A stretch of DNA of 64,000 nucleotides from Leidyana gryllorum EB-2025a (GCA_048772705.1 JBLWGC010000104.1:434001-498000), one strand, 5' to 3'. Positions 35,972 to 49,109 are shown, numbered from the stretch's first letter. Notes: generated by a model not told the origin, from the letters alone. Numbers and translations: made by a program.

Positions 35972-37399
35972 TTGGTGGATATGCGTGACCGATTGGATCT
36001 CGGTCGTTACATAAGCGAGACATGGTACAGCGCATATGAGGGTAATAAGTGTTCCTTGTTAGTTTCAAGGGTACGTCATGGTCTCTTGAGCCCCTTGGCC
36101 TATCGAAGTCGTTTGAACACTTTTTGTCTATTGGGAAAAGACGCCCACCTTACCGCAAGTTTATCAACGGTACCGGCTGCTGATGTGTGTCATCTAACAT
36201 CGGTGACACATCAGTCCGTGGTACTCGGCATTGTGTCCTTATCCAATGGAGAGCTCCGAGTGTATGATTTGCAATCGGCTCCTGAATGTTTAGTTAACCA
36301 GCGACGCGGATACTTTCCTCGCCAAGTGGGAGAGGTTTGGCGAGACGATGACCCAAGACTGCAGAGCATTCTGCGTTGTATCAAGCCTTCTTTGACTCTC
36401 TATCACAACCGTCAAGCTGTCACGGCAGCGCTCCCGTTGCGCTCCAACTTGATCATTACTGGCACTGCCTCACGTCAAATTAGTGTCTGGGATTTTGCCA
36501 AACCAGACAGCGGACCTATCCAACAGGGCGGGACGTTGGGGCCAGTCAGAGCACTTTCTAAGGCCTCACAAAGTGAACCCGCATTGATTTTCGCCGCCCT
36601 TCAATCGGGCAGTGTCGCTCTCATAGATCTGAGAGCTCCTTTCTCGGAACAGATGGCCGTCTGCACCCCTTTACACCCCCAACAACGTCACACTGGCGAC
36701 ATTCTCAGTCTCGCATTGCCGCCCACGCGACAGCAGTGTCTCATAACCGGGGGCAGAGACATGAAAATCAAACTTTGGGATATGCGAGGAGGCGCGGTGG
36801 GCACCTACGTTGGCGACTTTGATGATGGTACTGGGACCAGTCGTCACAAGTATTCGGTACGAGCACTCGAACTGCTCAACAATGGACGCAAAGTGCTCAG
36901 TCGCGGCGGGTGGATGGAGGATACGATGATATGGGATATCAATACACGTCGGCGAGAGCCAATATATTTTGTTGCGGAAGACGACAAGTTTGTCAAACGC
37001 CCGTCACTCGTTAGTCCAACTGGCGGCGGCGCCACAACGCCTCTGTGCAATCTCACAACTCAGGTTGCTGTCCTACCCAACTGGGCGGGTCCAGGTGGAT
37101 CGACCTGCCAAATGGCTTTCATGGCGGGGAATGGCGGCACAGTACACTTGACTGAACTCGCGAGCGGAAGTGTCTGTGCGAGTTACGATCGACACTTGAA
37201 GCTGGAAGCGACTGATGCTCGAGGGGTCAGAGGCCCAAGAATCGCGACAAACATGTTCAGTTCGTTGAGTGTGCGGTTGCATTGGGTTGAGCCCATCGGA
37301 TCGCTCCTTCTGGCCGGGGGGCCCGCGGGAGACGTCCTGATGTATGAAACCGCACGTGGAAGTGACTACGATCGACCAGTGCGGTACATGCATGTTTGA
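35972..37399 (+). CDS. WD40-repeat protein (5' exons probably in 35360-35970, unresolved)
   Basis: IITGTASRQISVWD and HTGDILSL..LITGGRDMKIKLWDMR. Confidence 0.7.
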   Translation: MVDMRDRLDLGRYISETWYSAYEGNKCSLLVSRVRHGLLSPLAYRSRLNTFCLLGKDAHLTASLSTVPAADVCHLTSVTHQSVVLGIVSLSNGELRVYDLQSAPECLVNQRRGYFPRQVGEVWRDDDPRLQSILRCIKPSLTLYHNRQAVTAALPLRSNLIITGTASRQISVWDFAKPDSGPIQQGGTLGPVRALSKASQSEPALIFAALQSGSVALIDLRAPFSEQMAVCTPLHPQQRHTGDILSLALPPTRQQCLITGGRDMKIKLWDMRGGAVGTYVGDFDDGTGTSRHKYSVRALELLNNGRKVLSRGGWMEDTMIWDINTRRREPIYFVAEDDKFVKRPSLVSPTGGGATTPLCNLTTQVAVLPNWAGPGGSTCQMAFMAGNGGTVHLTELASGSVCASYDRHLKLEATDARGVRGPRIATNMFSSLSVRLHWVEPIGSLLLAGGPAGDVLMYETARGSDYDRPVRYMHV

Positions 37400-37486
37400 G
37401 AAAGTGTCTGAAGAGGGAATATGTGCCTGCACGTTTACGTGATCACACACAGTTTGCGGTGAAGTTTACAAGTCAAGTTACATAAA

Positions 37487-38109
37487 ATGGGGCAAGGACA
37501 CTCAGCATACGCGGACGACCCCCTCCAATACCATTCTCTGGATCCGAGGAGCAAGGTGGGCAAGCGCGCCACTATGCGCGTCAGTTTGCTGACCGCCGAG
37601 GAGCGCGCTGAGCTCGTCCGACGCTCGATCGGAATGAAAGCCTCGTACAGACAGCGCTCTGGGCTCAGTCGAAGTATGAGTCGGATTCCCGACCCCACTC
37701 TGCCCAAAGGTGAGTTTGTTGTGTGTGTGCGCGGCCGTGGAAAGCGATTTTCCTCACTGCAGATACCACCGCCAAGGTCGAGCCTCCTCCCCTGGCCGGT
37801 ACTGTTCAGGGCAGTGCCTGGAATACATTTGTCTCCGATCTGTGGAGCCAAGAGCACCGGAGCGTTTTCCACACCATAATCCTCCCGCCCGATCGCGATC
37901 CCAGAGATATCACCTTCCGAAAGCCTGTGATTACCAAAGAGAACAGATACTTCCTCCCTCGCGGGCAGATTCCCGAGACCGTCACCCATCCCAGCCGATT
38001 ATTTGAAGCGTATGTTGAGAAGGACATCCGCGAGAAATATCCTCGCATCCCACCACACTTCCTGATCAACAACGCCCGCCCTCACCGCTCGAATCCTTCC
38101 GCTCAGTGA
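37487..38109 (+). CDS. Hypothetical protein, possible N-myristoylation (MGQGHS)
   Basis: Intron 37710-37762 joins two ORFs in frame. Confidence 0.55.
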
Positions 38110-38469
38110 AGCTGATTCGTTCCTCGAAATTACTGAATTACACATAATGAAGCGTAGGGACGGAGTGATTGACAGACAGACAGTCAGTCAGTCAGTCAAG
38201 AGCGGGAATCAAGAGGTGCTGAGGCAAGCCTCCTCAAAGTTGAGGCTGCGCCACCTCTGCTCCCCCCCGCCACGCTGAGGCAAGCTTCCATCGCTAGCGA
38301 GGCTGCGCCGTGGTTTCAAGGAGGGAGGAAGGAAGAAGAAGAAGTGTCCCACAGTTATTCCAAGCAGTCATACATAATCGAGAGATGTTGTTGTTACCTT
38401 TACCCCACGTTACATTGTTCACACACACCCACAATGAATCAACACGCAGTATTACGAACTGAGACAAGG

Positions 38470-40348
38470 CTAAGCAGCCTCCAGTATACATATCTTGTGG
38501 TCGCAGCCCCATGCAGCCATGATGTTTTGGTGGGGGTGATACTCTACCCCTCCAGCCCCATTAGTTAATCCCTTAGTAACTTGCACAATCTCGCCATTCT
38601 CCATATTGAAAGCTTCAAGAGTACCGAACTCATCTTGCGCAACCAAAAACTCTCCTTTCGGCGAGGCTGTTCGAGAGAAATTGAGAAACGAGTGTGTTAC
38701 AGAAAAGAGAGGGGGTAATCTCACCAGTAATTGACCAATAACTTCCTTTATCGTCGCTCTTGTATTGTCGGATAAAGTTGCCGTTACTGTCCATGCAGTT
38801 GATCAGTCTAGACTTGGAACACAGCAGATATTGATGGGGGTTCCGTTTGTCTTGGATCATCATTTGAAGTGGAACAGCATCCACTTTGCCGGGATGAGGT
38901 GGTGATATTTTGTGCGATTCTCGCCCACTCTTGGACATAAAAACTCGCATGTATCCATCAGTAGACGCAGTCACAACAGCGGAACCTTTGGCTCCATCGT
39001 ATAACGCCCCAATCACGAAAGCTCCCTCGGTCTGGTGTTCAAAGGTCTTCGACACACTTTGGCTCACAGGATAGACGACTCTGAATGAAATAACACACAA
39101 AGCAATGGACTCTTTCTCAACTATTAAATGACCACTCACCTCGCAGTGCCATCATTGGAGGCGGTCAAAATTTGAGCTTCTGTGGGATGGAAGCACAGAC
39201 TCGTGATGCTGGCTGTGTGAACCTTGATGGGCCCAACCAGCAAGCGTCCAGAGGCCGGATCCCACATCTTGAGGTTTCCCTCAGCATCGCCCGAGGCCAG
39301 TTTCCCGTCCTCAGCAAAGGCTAAAGCAGTCACTCCGATTGGCTTGCTGCTATCCGGGCTTTCATGGAACATAAAGTACTCATCCGCTTGATACTGGAGG
39401 TCAACTCGTAACCTCCCAGACATCCAACTCCAAACCAGAATCTCTCCACTCGAATCCCCAGTCACCAGCGAATGACCGTCTGGCGAGAATATAGCTGAAA
39501 AGATTCGACGCTTCTTGCTGGGCAAACATATCGTGTGCCGAACACTTGTAGCCGGAGTCGTACACATCTGCCGATCCAGAGTTGTCAGACCGCGGAACAG
39601 ATCGTATTTAATTCCGGGGGCAATAAGCCCTTGCGATCGCTGCATCTTTACGGCCAGCTGAAGGAGCGCCAGCAAACGTGAAGGCGCTGCGACCGCCATG
39701 TGCTCGGCCACCTCTGCACATCCATCATCATTTTCAATCGGCCAACCTCAAATGAAACCGTCTCTCACCTTTAGCAATCTGCTTTCTTCTCTTCAGCTTA
39801 TTCTTCTCGCCCCATATTTCGTCCTTCTGTACTTTATTCTGTCGTTGGCTAAACGCGCGCAAGCGGTTGACCCGTATAGCCTCCTGCTCTTTTAAAGTCT
39901 TGAACAAGGTTACGTTCTCGAACAGTCCCGCCAGCATTTTGGGTCCTCCAGCTTCCAGCACTTCCAGCGCTACATGTTCGTACACGTCAAAAACTAGACC
40001 TTGTGGAAGATTCGATTCACCCACAGCCTCCAGAAGCAACTCCAGTTTGCCGTTACACACACTTTGGATGAACTTCTCGCGGCTATGGAGAGTGTTAAGA
40101 TATACACCTGACTCCTCTTGCAAGCTTTGAAAGGTCCGTTGGAGGCTGTGCTCTTTGAGGAATTGAAGAACCAGACGGATTACACTGCAAACGCTGTCCA
40201 CACACCAAACACCCGTCACTTACTCGCTTGCTTGTACCTCGACAGTATCTTCGTCCTTAGCGAGGGTGGGTGGACCTTTTGCCCCGTCGGAACCACGCTT
40301 CGCAAGAGAAGTTGTTGCCAGGTGTATCGCAACCTTCTTTCCCTCCAT
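38470..40348 (-). CDS. SMU1: WD40 splicing factor SMU1
   Basis: VEVQASDVIRLVLQFLKEHSLQRTFQSLQEESGVYLNT (LisH), APSRLLALL..QG..PG..DLFRG, FSPDG..LVTG, LRVDLQYQA, HPHQNIMA. Confidence 0.9.
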
Positions 40349-40375
40349 ATATTTCTGGAGGCAAATGCCTTTGTG

Positions 40376-40951
40376 ATGGATTTACCGCCCCTTGCTACTT
40401 ATTTGAGAGAACTTGGGGCTCTGCAGGTACGTGCAGCCGTGTTTCTTGTCAAATGTCATGCTCTAGAATGCAATGCTGAAAACGGCTAAACTCCACGTTC
40501 GCAATGACTGGAAAGCCAAACTATATCTATGTGGCCGCAACGAAGTAGAAAAAGCTCTGGAGAGACTTCCACCTCACAGAGTTTCCCTCATACTGCTGGC
40601 CTCGGGACAACCGCTATTCCCGGTTGAGCACATCAAACAACTCCAGCTATCCTTGACCCCCAGACAGATTGGCAAGTAAGCTCAGCTTCTGCGAGGTATA
40701 GCTTCCGCTCCAGTGCTCTACGCAAGCGTGGACTGATCTCCTGCTTAGTGCTCTTCGATCGTGTCTGGCACTACAAGCAGCAGAGTATGTGGTTTCGAGC
40801 ACAGAGTACTTTTGAACGTGTGTGCGAACACAATCGTGTGATGACAGCTGACGCAGAAGGTGACACCAGACCTCAGACAGTAGCGGGATTGTCCTGCCCT
40901 GAACTACCGCTGTCTGAGGATCCGGAGAGCATCACGGTGGCTGGTGACTGA
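40376..40951 (+). CDS. L7Ae/L30e-fold RNA-binding protein (RPP38/POP3-like?)
   Basis: Introns 40427-40466 and 40676-40713 give LYLCGRNEVEKALER..VSLILLA..TPRQIGNALRKRGLISCLVL. Confidence 0.5.
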
Positions 40952-43483
40952 TCTCGTGCCTCCGCACAGGATTTCGTCTCCTCCCGGTACCAGGTGTTCA
41001 GCATTCTGGATCCCAGGAAATCGATGCTCACCCCGGATAGGACGGACAGCACTGCTTCCAAAGTATCGAATCGGCAACAGTCAGTGTTGTATGGTTCGTT
41101 GGTCTCGAATGTGTAATCACAGAATCGTCCGCTGCGATGGTAGCGAATAGAAGCTCCGATTTCGGCCGTGGCGGATGAGTTATCAGTGGGTGGGTGGAAT
41201 CCCACATGCCGAAGAGCTTCATCCCAGCTTTTGCTCGCTCGATCATCAAGAAAAGAAACTGACTTCAATCTTCTGAGGGGGAGAAGATATCTCCGCACTT
41301 TCTCAACACGTTCTTTCATGGATGGCATATTGACACCCATGAGGAAGATGATGTGCTCGACGTTAGGAAACCTGTGAACAAGCTCGTTTCCAGCGTCTAT
41401 CAATGCAAATCGCTCGGCAAAGGCCAGATTCTTAACGGATGGGAAATATGCGGGAGGAACCATATGAAGATTATCACTGGAGATGTGACCCAGCATGAGC
41501 GTTTCAATATGTTTGAAAGTTCCCCAACGCGTCCGACGACAGCCTTCATGTTGCCAACTTGGCAATACGTTTGTGATGGGAGGAATGGTGAGTGCTTTTA
41601 TGTGTGGGCGAGCGTTCACTGCGCTTATAAGTCTTTCAATGAAGGTCCGGATAGATGCCACTTTTCGGCCGGGCTCCAGTCCTCTGAGTACGGGGCTTTT
41701 GGTGATGACCAGTACTCGCAGATTCGGGAGGGTGTGGGGTTTGAAGACAATGGAGGCTACAGAAGAAGCGGGCACTGAGAGAAGCTCAAGATTGGGGAAG
41801 ACGAACGAAGCTAAATTCGGAGATCTCTGATCGACGCACTCAACGCAAAGATGACGGAGGCTTGACTCGGCCGAGGCGAGTGCAGGATTGAGCGTCTCGT
41901 TGGACTCAAAGGGTGTTCGGAAGTGACCATGGCGCCGCAGCTTCAAGCAGCGTAGAGAGGGGAATCTCAAGTGTCGAAGGTCATTGAAGATGAGCCAAGT
42001 GGAGACAGAGAGGTGTAAGCGTGTGCCTCTGAAGGTGACAGCGGCTGGCGTGAGGATGTTGACGTTCTTGTCCAATGAGTCTATCTGGAGGCTCAATGAC
42101 TGCAGCGTCGGAGAGTGGGTCTGGACAAATGGAGCGACAGTGGCGAAGGACGGAATACGAAAGATCATGGCGTGCGTGAGTCTGGGAGCGAAGAAGATCT
42201 TGCAGATGCTGTAAGGTGCCTCGAGTAGTCTGAGATTGGAGAGGAGGACGATTGATTGGGGGACGCTCTGAGTGCATCCCGCCCCTCCATCTGGTGTTGT
42301 ATTGGAGTCGAAAGCGCAAGCGAGAGGTGAAATATCTTTGTCGTCCATTGTGGCCCGCGATAATGGTGTGGAGTAATTCATCAGCGGATAGCTGGAGTGG
42401 AGGGCTGTTCGGACGGCGTTCTCAACAAGGCGAGTCTGAAAAAAGCGCCCGACGAGTCTCAACTGGTGGAGAGAGTGTGCTGATCGAATTATCATCGCAC
42501 CAAAGGCGTCTGCCACATGGCGAAGGAAGTTTTGTAATTGAGCGCCAATGTAATCTTTGAGAAGGTCGCTCATTTCGTCTGCCTGTGCCGTTGTGGGTGT
42601 GAGTCCATCGGCATTGGAAGGCAGCGGTCCTCCCCACGCGTGTCTGGGGAATGCATTTCCCAAATTCGAGAGCGCTTGCTGAAGGCTCTGGTTGCTGGGA
42701 GGTCGATGAAGTCGAGGGGGTAATTGGTGACGCGCATTTTGCATCAGGGGCGTGGCACTATTGGATGGTCTGCTGGTAGTGTCTTTGACATATTTCAGTA
42801 ATCGCGCGGCTGGAAGCGGGTCCCTTTTGTGGTAGAGACGAGGAGGGGTGCTTAGGGGAATGGATGCTCGGCTAAGCGGGGCGCTCAAGACGACGGTGGG
42901 CAGTCCGCCGATGGAAGCGGCGTCAGCTATATAGTTGAGGTCGACGGGTGAGGAGTCGTGCCACTCGAATCCGTAGATATCTCTGAGTGCATCTAGGATG
43001 GTGACTATACCGTGTGCAGCTGGGCAGTGAACCGATGGAGCTTCATTGTTGAGTAAATGGTACTCAGCCTCGCGATAGCGCTCTGCAATACCTCGTTTTC
43101 CTTGGATCGAGAGAATGTTACAACTCACCAACTAAGTCTTGGTCGAGACACAGAGACCGTCTGATGGCATCGGCTCTGTCGGTGGCATGAGAGTCAGCAT
43201 TGGTGATTTGACGCCCGCGCACTAAAGTCGATTCCAGTGAGACGAGCCCGTGATGGTCCAATAGCCGATTTCCGAGTGCACATCGTGTGTCAAAGGAAGA
43301 GAAGGCAAGGCGGTAGAGCTGCTCGGGGTCAAAGCTCAGTTTGACACGTGTGACTAGCAACGGGTCATGGAACAGCCGGTTTCGGAAAGAACGACATAGA
43401 GATGCCAGTTTGACAAGCAGTCCGGGCCCTGCATAACTCAGTAGTAGAGTAATCTCAGGAGCCGGCCATATACGCTGAGACAT
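40873..43483 (-). CDS. F-box-like / LRR-like protein
   Basis: WPAPEITLLLSYAGPGLLVKLASLCRSFRN and FPSLRCLKL / FPNLELLSV / LPNLRVLVI / FPSVKNLAF / FPNVEHIIF repeats; intron 43083-43128 is in frame. Confidence 0.65.
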
Positions 43484-43525
43484 CAAAGGTGCGGGTGCCG
43501 GTAAGCACCTTGAAAAAACCTGACG

Positions 43526-44840
43526 ATGGTCAACGACTCCCCGTTTCCAACTGCTGGAGCTGCCAGCGTCTTGACACAGTTTGCGGGTGCCACTCTACTT
43601 GGAGGCGCCCGTGGATCTCACATTCCCGTCTCATCGGTCAATGCCGAGTATATCGGATTCTACTTTTCTGCGCACTGGTAACATACCGCGGAGTAACTGG
43701 CACAATCAAAGCCCCCCAGGTGCCCTCCCTGTCGCCAATTCACACCCCTCCTTGCTACGGCGTATCGCTGTGCTAAACAACGCAATAAATCATTCGAGGT
43801 GTGTGCAGCTCTTCTGAGGCCATGTGAACGTGTGCTGCCGTGTGTGTTTGCGGTAAAGCCTCTTTGTATTCCGTGTCTCCTGGACACCACTTCGTGCACA
43901 AGGCCTTCTTCAAGTCTTCACTGTATCACAGATCATCTTCTGCTCAAGTGATCGCTCGGATGCCGACTTTCGAAACTACTTTGCTCAGATGCCCTGGTTA
44001 GCAATCCCCTATCAAGGTGTGTTGGCCTTCTTCAGGTGTCACACATCCAATGAGCAGATGGAGGTGTGCGAGCTTCCTTAAATCAGCGTTTCGGTGTTCG
44101 AGGAATACCTCATTTAACCATCATTCACAAGTCGGGTCGTGTAGTAATGCCCAATGCTGGTAAGTCGTATGGCACTGGTCAGCAGTTCATCACAACCTTC
44201 CTTCTGTGTGGCAGTAATGGCTATACGGCAATCGGCCGACATATTCGTAGCGAATCTTCCTGGTAGCTCGGCTGTTGTTTCCCCTCCGACCAGCGTCAGC
44301 CCTCCGATGGCCGGAGGAGGTTTGCCTGATGAGCCTCCTCTGCCCCTTCCTCCCGACAGCGGGTCGTGGACGCTTGAAGGGTTGGTGGAAGAAATTTCAG
44401 AAGCTCCTCGTCTGACTGATGAGCAGAAGCGGCAGGGGTTTCAGACTGTGGCAACTCTGTGTCGAAAGTGAGTTGAAGGCAAGTGGGTATTCCGACTCCC
44501 CCTTTCTTTCCCGTCCAGCATTGCCATGAATCCGAGTGAGCCAAAGTATCGAAGGGTGCGGAAGAGTAATAAGGCAATATCTACAAAGGTAAAGTATCGG
44601 CTGGGCGGTTGTGACATTATCGGACTCCAGCTTGGCTCCCATCGGGGGTTTGAGAAGCTGTTATTGTACACAGGTTTTCGAGAGAGCATGAACCAATACT
44701 TTGTACCTGCGAATGTGACATTGCAAGAAGAACGTCTGTTAACTGTGGCTGAGCTGTGCAGTGGTCTGGCTGACAGTCTGGAGCCTGTGGAGGGCGAAGG
44801 GAAGGTGTCTTGCGAAGGCGGAGTTTGTAGGAGAGTGTAG
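43526..44840 (+). CDS. Nucleoredoxin/tryparedoxin-type thioredoxin fused to PUB domain
   Basis: GFYFSAHW|CPPCRQFTPLL (intron 43678-43719 splits the Trp codon), IIFCSSDRS, MPWLAIPY, FGVRGIPHL; then NIAMNPSEPKYRRVRKSNKAI..LLLYTGF. Confidence 0.85.
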
Positions 44841-44867
44841 ATAGCTAGTTTTTGATCAGCAGTCAAT

Positions 44868-47309
44868 ATGGTAGGCAATGAAGGGTTAGCCGTATCTTTG
44901 CTCGCTACACTGGCGGAAGTGAGTGATGCGTTTCACGCGAACTATGTACCCGACCTCTTTTCCGCAATCACTAAGATTGATTCGGTCGCCCAACAATGGC
45001 TGAGACATGTTGGAGAGACTCTGTTATCGAGGAGTGACGTGGCTAATGCTTTGGCCGACACCGTATTGACCGGCGCTGAGACAGTTGCACAGCGCCTCAC
45101 TGCAGAAGCCGCAATGGCGTCGGCTGCTGAAGATAATGGCAATATTAAACATCTGTTGGGCTTCGAGCTGATGTGCCGATGGCTAAGTCTGCAAGAGATC
45201 TTTGACGACTGCGAGAAGCAGCAGAGACTCACTCCCGCGCCTTTCCATCTGTTCGCGCTCTTCACTCTGCTCAACCTGATTATGACGGCAAAACACGCCC
45301 TCTACCAGGGACAGTAAGTGGCCAGTGCCATGACTCCCTCCCACTGTCTCGCCAGATCAGAGTTCAATGTGCGCCGTCGGGAGAGTGAGCAGAGCTTTGG
45401 CACTCGCCGTTCACAGATTCTGTCTCCAACAAAGGGAAAGCCCGTTAAGCAGCTGACTGGTCGCGGTTTCAAAGTGCGACAACAACAACACAGGAAACCC
45501 TTTATACGGATGCGAAAGTCACTTCTCAAGTCTTATGCGCCTCGTCAATGGGATGGAGCTCGAATGTCTCGATGGCCCTCGGAATCATTCTGCAAACGAT
45601 TTGCGAGTCTGAAATCTCTCATTGATGAATCAATTCTGATATTAGCCGATGAATATTTGCATTTCCAAGCACGGCAATGGTCAAAGGCAACTGTGTGTCA
45701 ACCCGCTCGAACGCCGAAACTCAACATGTCTCCTCTATCTATTGGCTTATTACGCTGCATAGAACTACAGTTGTGCTGGTGTGCCACTCGGCGGTATCCC
45801 AGAGGCCGTGTGTGTAGTGTGCCACTCTCACTCACAGACTGTGTAAGCGATGTGTCCTCAGGACGTAACGTAATGGATATGCTGACATTGTATCCCGATG
45901 TCGTGGATACCGATACGGACCCGATGCTTTACCTCAATACAATTACCACTCCTCATCATTTGGAGCCGTTTTCCGACAGTGCTGCAGAGGTTTTCCGGAC
46001 TCTCACTGGCTCTGAAGTGGCAACGGCGGTGAGGGATGCGGGCATTTCAGTGGGACGGTTCAAACGATTGATGGAATGGGCCCCCTCGCCCTATATTGGA
46101 GCTTTGGGGGAGGCCAAACTGTTGAGAGAACTGCCAGTGTTGCGCCGCTTTCTCCATCGCCCAGATCCTCCCTCGGCTCTGGTGGCCTCAGCCGCTGTTT
46201 CGTCCGAGGCCCCTTCTCTCCCGCAGCCGTCATTCAATGAAGGGAGAATGTCAGCCTCGTACAGCGCTCGGAGCAGTCATTGGGACTCGGCAGGTTTGCG
46301 GTCGGTATCTTTCCGAACGCCAGCCAACGAGTTTCTCGCAACAACAAGCGATGGCGGCGGAGACCTGTTGCCGTCCAACTCGGCTCGACTGCGAAGTGGC
46401 TCACTTATGAGCAGTATGACCAGAATGGGGTCGTCCTCGAGTGCAGCAAGCGGTGCACGGCATGTGACGCTGTGTGGCAGGATGCATTGGCTCACAGCGA
46501 GGGAGTTGGAGGGCACAGCCACGCTGATGCTGCGACGCAATATGGATAGCACCGCTTCTGCTGGAGGAGGAGGAGGAGTGATTTCGACACGTCCTCCCAC
46601 TGCAGAGTCTCTTCGAACGACTGCTGCCAGAGCCCGGAGTTCGACTCTACGGGACGAGGAGCTGCTGACGGTTGGCGGTAGACGGAAAAAGGGGAGTGAG
46701 AGTGGTCAAGGAAGGACGGTAAAACCGTTGAGTGAAGGAGGGGGAGGTCGGCGAGAGGAAGCGAGAGAGTTGGCGTGCGCGTTGGATGTTCTGAGTGACT
46801 CTGCCGACACAGTGGTGGACCCGTGGCTCGGGTTGGGACGAGCTGAATTGCTGCCTTTGGCTGAACGGACTGAACAATGTTCGTTTCTGTTGAGTTTACC
46901 GACGGCAGTGGGCGTCGTAGAGAATGCCATTATGACAATGGTAGACGAAAAGGAATGGCGAGAAGACGGGGTGGTGGAGCGCCTGCACGGGTTGTTGGAC
47001 GAGTTTTGCTTCAAGTTGCAGGGGAGAGATGGGGGTCCCTCCCCAGCACCCTCGAATGGAATGTCGGTGGGAAGTAGATTGAGAGAACGCCTAAGTGCCG
47101 AAGGACGGTTGAGTCTGGTGAAGGTTCCTGTGGACGATTTTCTCATCATCTCCTTAGCTGAATTGGCGGCGACTTTGGCTGACTCTCATCCAGACAGATT
47201 GTGGGCAAAACAACAGATTTTACTTGAACGGCTGACATTTTGTGCTGCAAAAGGGCTATTGGGCTGTGCCATCCAACACTGCCTCAGTCTGCGTGGCGTA
47301 GCTAAATGA
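44868..47309 (+). CDS. Large hypothetical protein
   Basis: Intron 45314-45355 removes a stop and joins the 149-aa and 663-aa ORFs in frame; no recognised motif. Confidence 0.55.
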
Positions 47310-47407
47310 GAATCACTGACCGACCTATGTATTCCGCAAAGGAAAAGCATCTTTCTATATATCTCTCCAAGCGACGAGCCGAGAAAGATTTTTAGTACAG
47401 CCCCGTT

Positions 47408-49109
47408 ATGGAGGCACCACCAGAATGGGAACCTCAACCGGCAGATATCGTATGGACACGCATCAATAAGTCACGCACTCAGGCTCTCGGAATAGTAAGT
47501 TAGCACCTCACATCCATCCCACATCAACCAATCAGATTCTCAGACGGCCCACAGGAGACCACACTCTCGATGAATCGCGGCCATCCGTGTCCTGCGACCT
47601 GGATGGCCCCGACAGATACCTCGTTGCCTACATACACTCTGACGCCCACATACATCCCCCCCGACACTACCTCAACAAGTTTAATCTCGAGAAGGCACAA
47701 GAACTCAAGTGCTGCAAATCGAAAGTGTCTTCTCTCGTAAGTAACACCTCCTCCCCGCGTCGAATCCCACCGCCCCACGCAGACACCGTGGGAGAAAATA
47801 AAGCGAAAGGCAATTCGTGATGTTCGTGAGTATCAACAAGGCAAACATCGATTCGGTGAGTCACTCTCTCGTGCCGACGATCTTTCTCGCTCAGAGAATT
47901 CACACAACTTTGTCAAGTGTTGCACCTGTTGCGCTGAGGGCGACGACGCCTTTTGGAAGGCGATAGGCCTCGAGCGAGGGAATATTCATATTGAGATGGC
48001 TGACAAGTACGAGAAGGAAAAACGAAAAGCTCGGAAGGAAGCGGAGCTCAAAGAGATGAAAGCGCGTGAGCGTCAGGAGCAACTGGCCGCCAAAGCCGCC
48101 AAGGCGACTAAGAAAGGTGCGTCGAGCTCCTCTATGGGCAACGGAACATAAGGCGCCCCCCCCGAGCCATCTCGATCCCACCCCCCAACACTCTCACCCG
48201 CCCCGCCCCACCCCTCCGACATATCTTTGGCTCGCAGCCCGACCGGCTCCCAAAGCCGCCGAGGAAACTTCTGATACCTCCGGAGCAAGCGAGGACTCCA
48301 ACTCATCCGGCAGCAGTGGCGAGAGCGAGGAAAGTAGTAGTGGAGACGAAAGCGACGAAGAGTCCGACAGCTCTGATGACTTCCGTGAACCCAAGCGGCC
48401 GCAGCGACGGAAGAGACCAGCCCCGGTCCGGGGACGGAGGCGGCGCCAAGAATCCTCTTCCGAAGAAGATGAGAAAGTGAAAAAGAAGCGGCGATCCAAG
48501 TTGAAGCGACCCAAGCCACCGGCACGCGGATCGCGCACAGCAAAAGCTACTCGACGGGATGACGATCACACAGACTCAGAGGAAGAAGACGCTGGCTCTG
48601 CCACTGCCAGTCCCAAGTCTGATCGCAGCGAAGTAGGTTTCTCTCAATACACACACACACTCTCCCTCTCTCACACACACACACAGATTTCTCTCTCTAT
48701 CTGTCAGGTAAAGTCGGTTGAGTCGGAGGAGCCCAGCAGCAAACGAGGACGTCTGGCTTTGCGTCCTCAGACTACAGAGAGTGAAGAGGAAATCAAAACG
48801 GATGACCCCCCGCCGCCTTCTCCATCTCCGAAGGTGGAGCCCCACGAGAACCAGCAGCAGCAGCAGCAACAAGAGGAGGTGCCCCCCGCCCTCGACGTCC
48901 AGCCATCTGAAGGAGAGGAGACAATGGAAGAACGACAGCAGGAAGAGGAGCAGCCGTTACAGCAGGAAATGACGGAGCCCCCGGCTGAACCACTGGAGGG
49001 TGATGCACAAGAGGATGCAGAAGAAGAACAACAACCACAGCAACCCCAACCCAAACAAGTGGAACAGCCGGAGATGGCCGAAGAAGAGGTGCCAACGACA
49101 ACGAATTAG
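47408..49109 (+). CDS. Degenerate PWWP-like N-terminal domain with long charged/acidic low-complexity region (chromatin protein?)
   Basis: Several short exons splice in frame: ADIVWTRINKSRTQALGII..YLVAYI..YLNKFN..KAIRDVREY, followed by K/R-, S/E- and Q/E-rich tracts. Confidence 0.5.

Noticed and set aside
47990-48120. HMG-box-like segment (MADKYEKEKRK)
   Set aside because: Only a charged helix; the upstream HMG aromatic core is missing.
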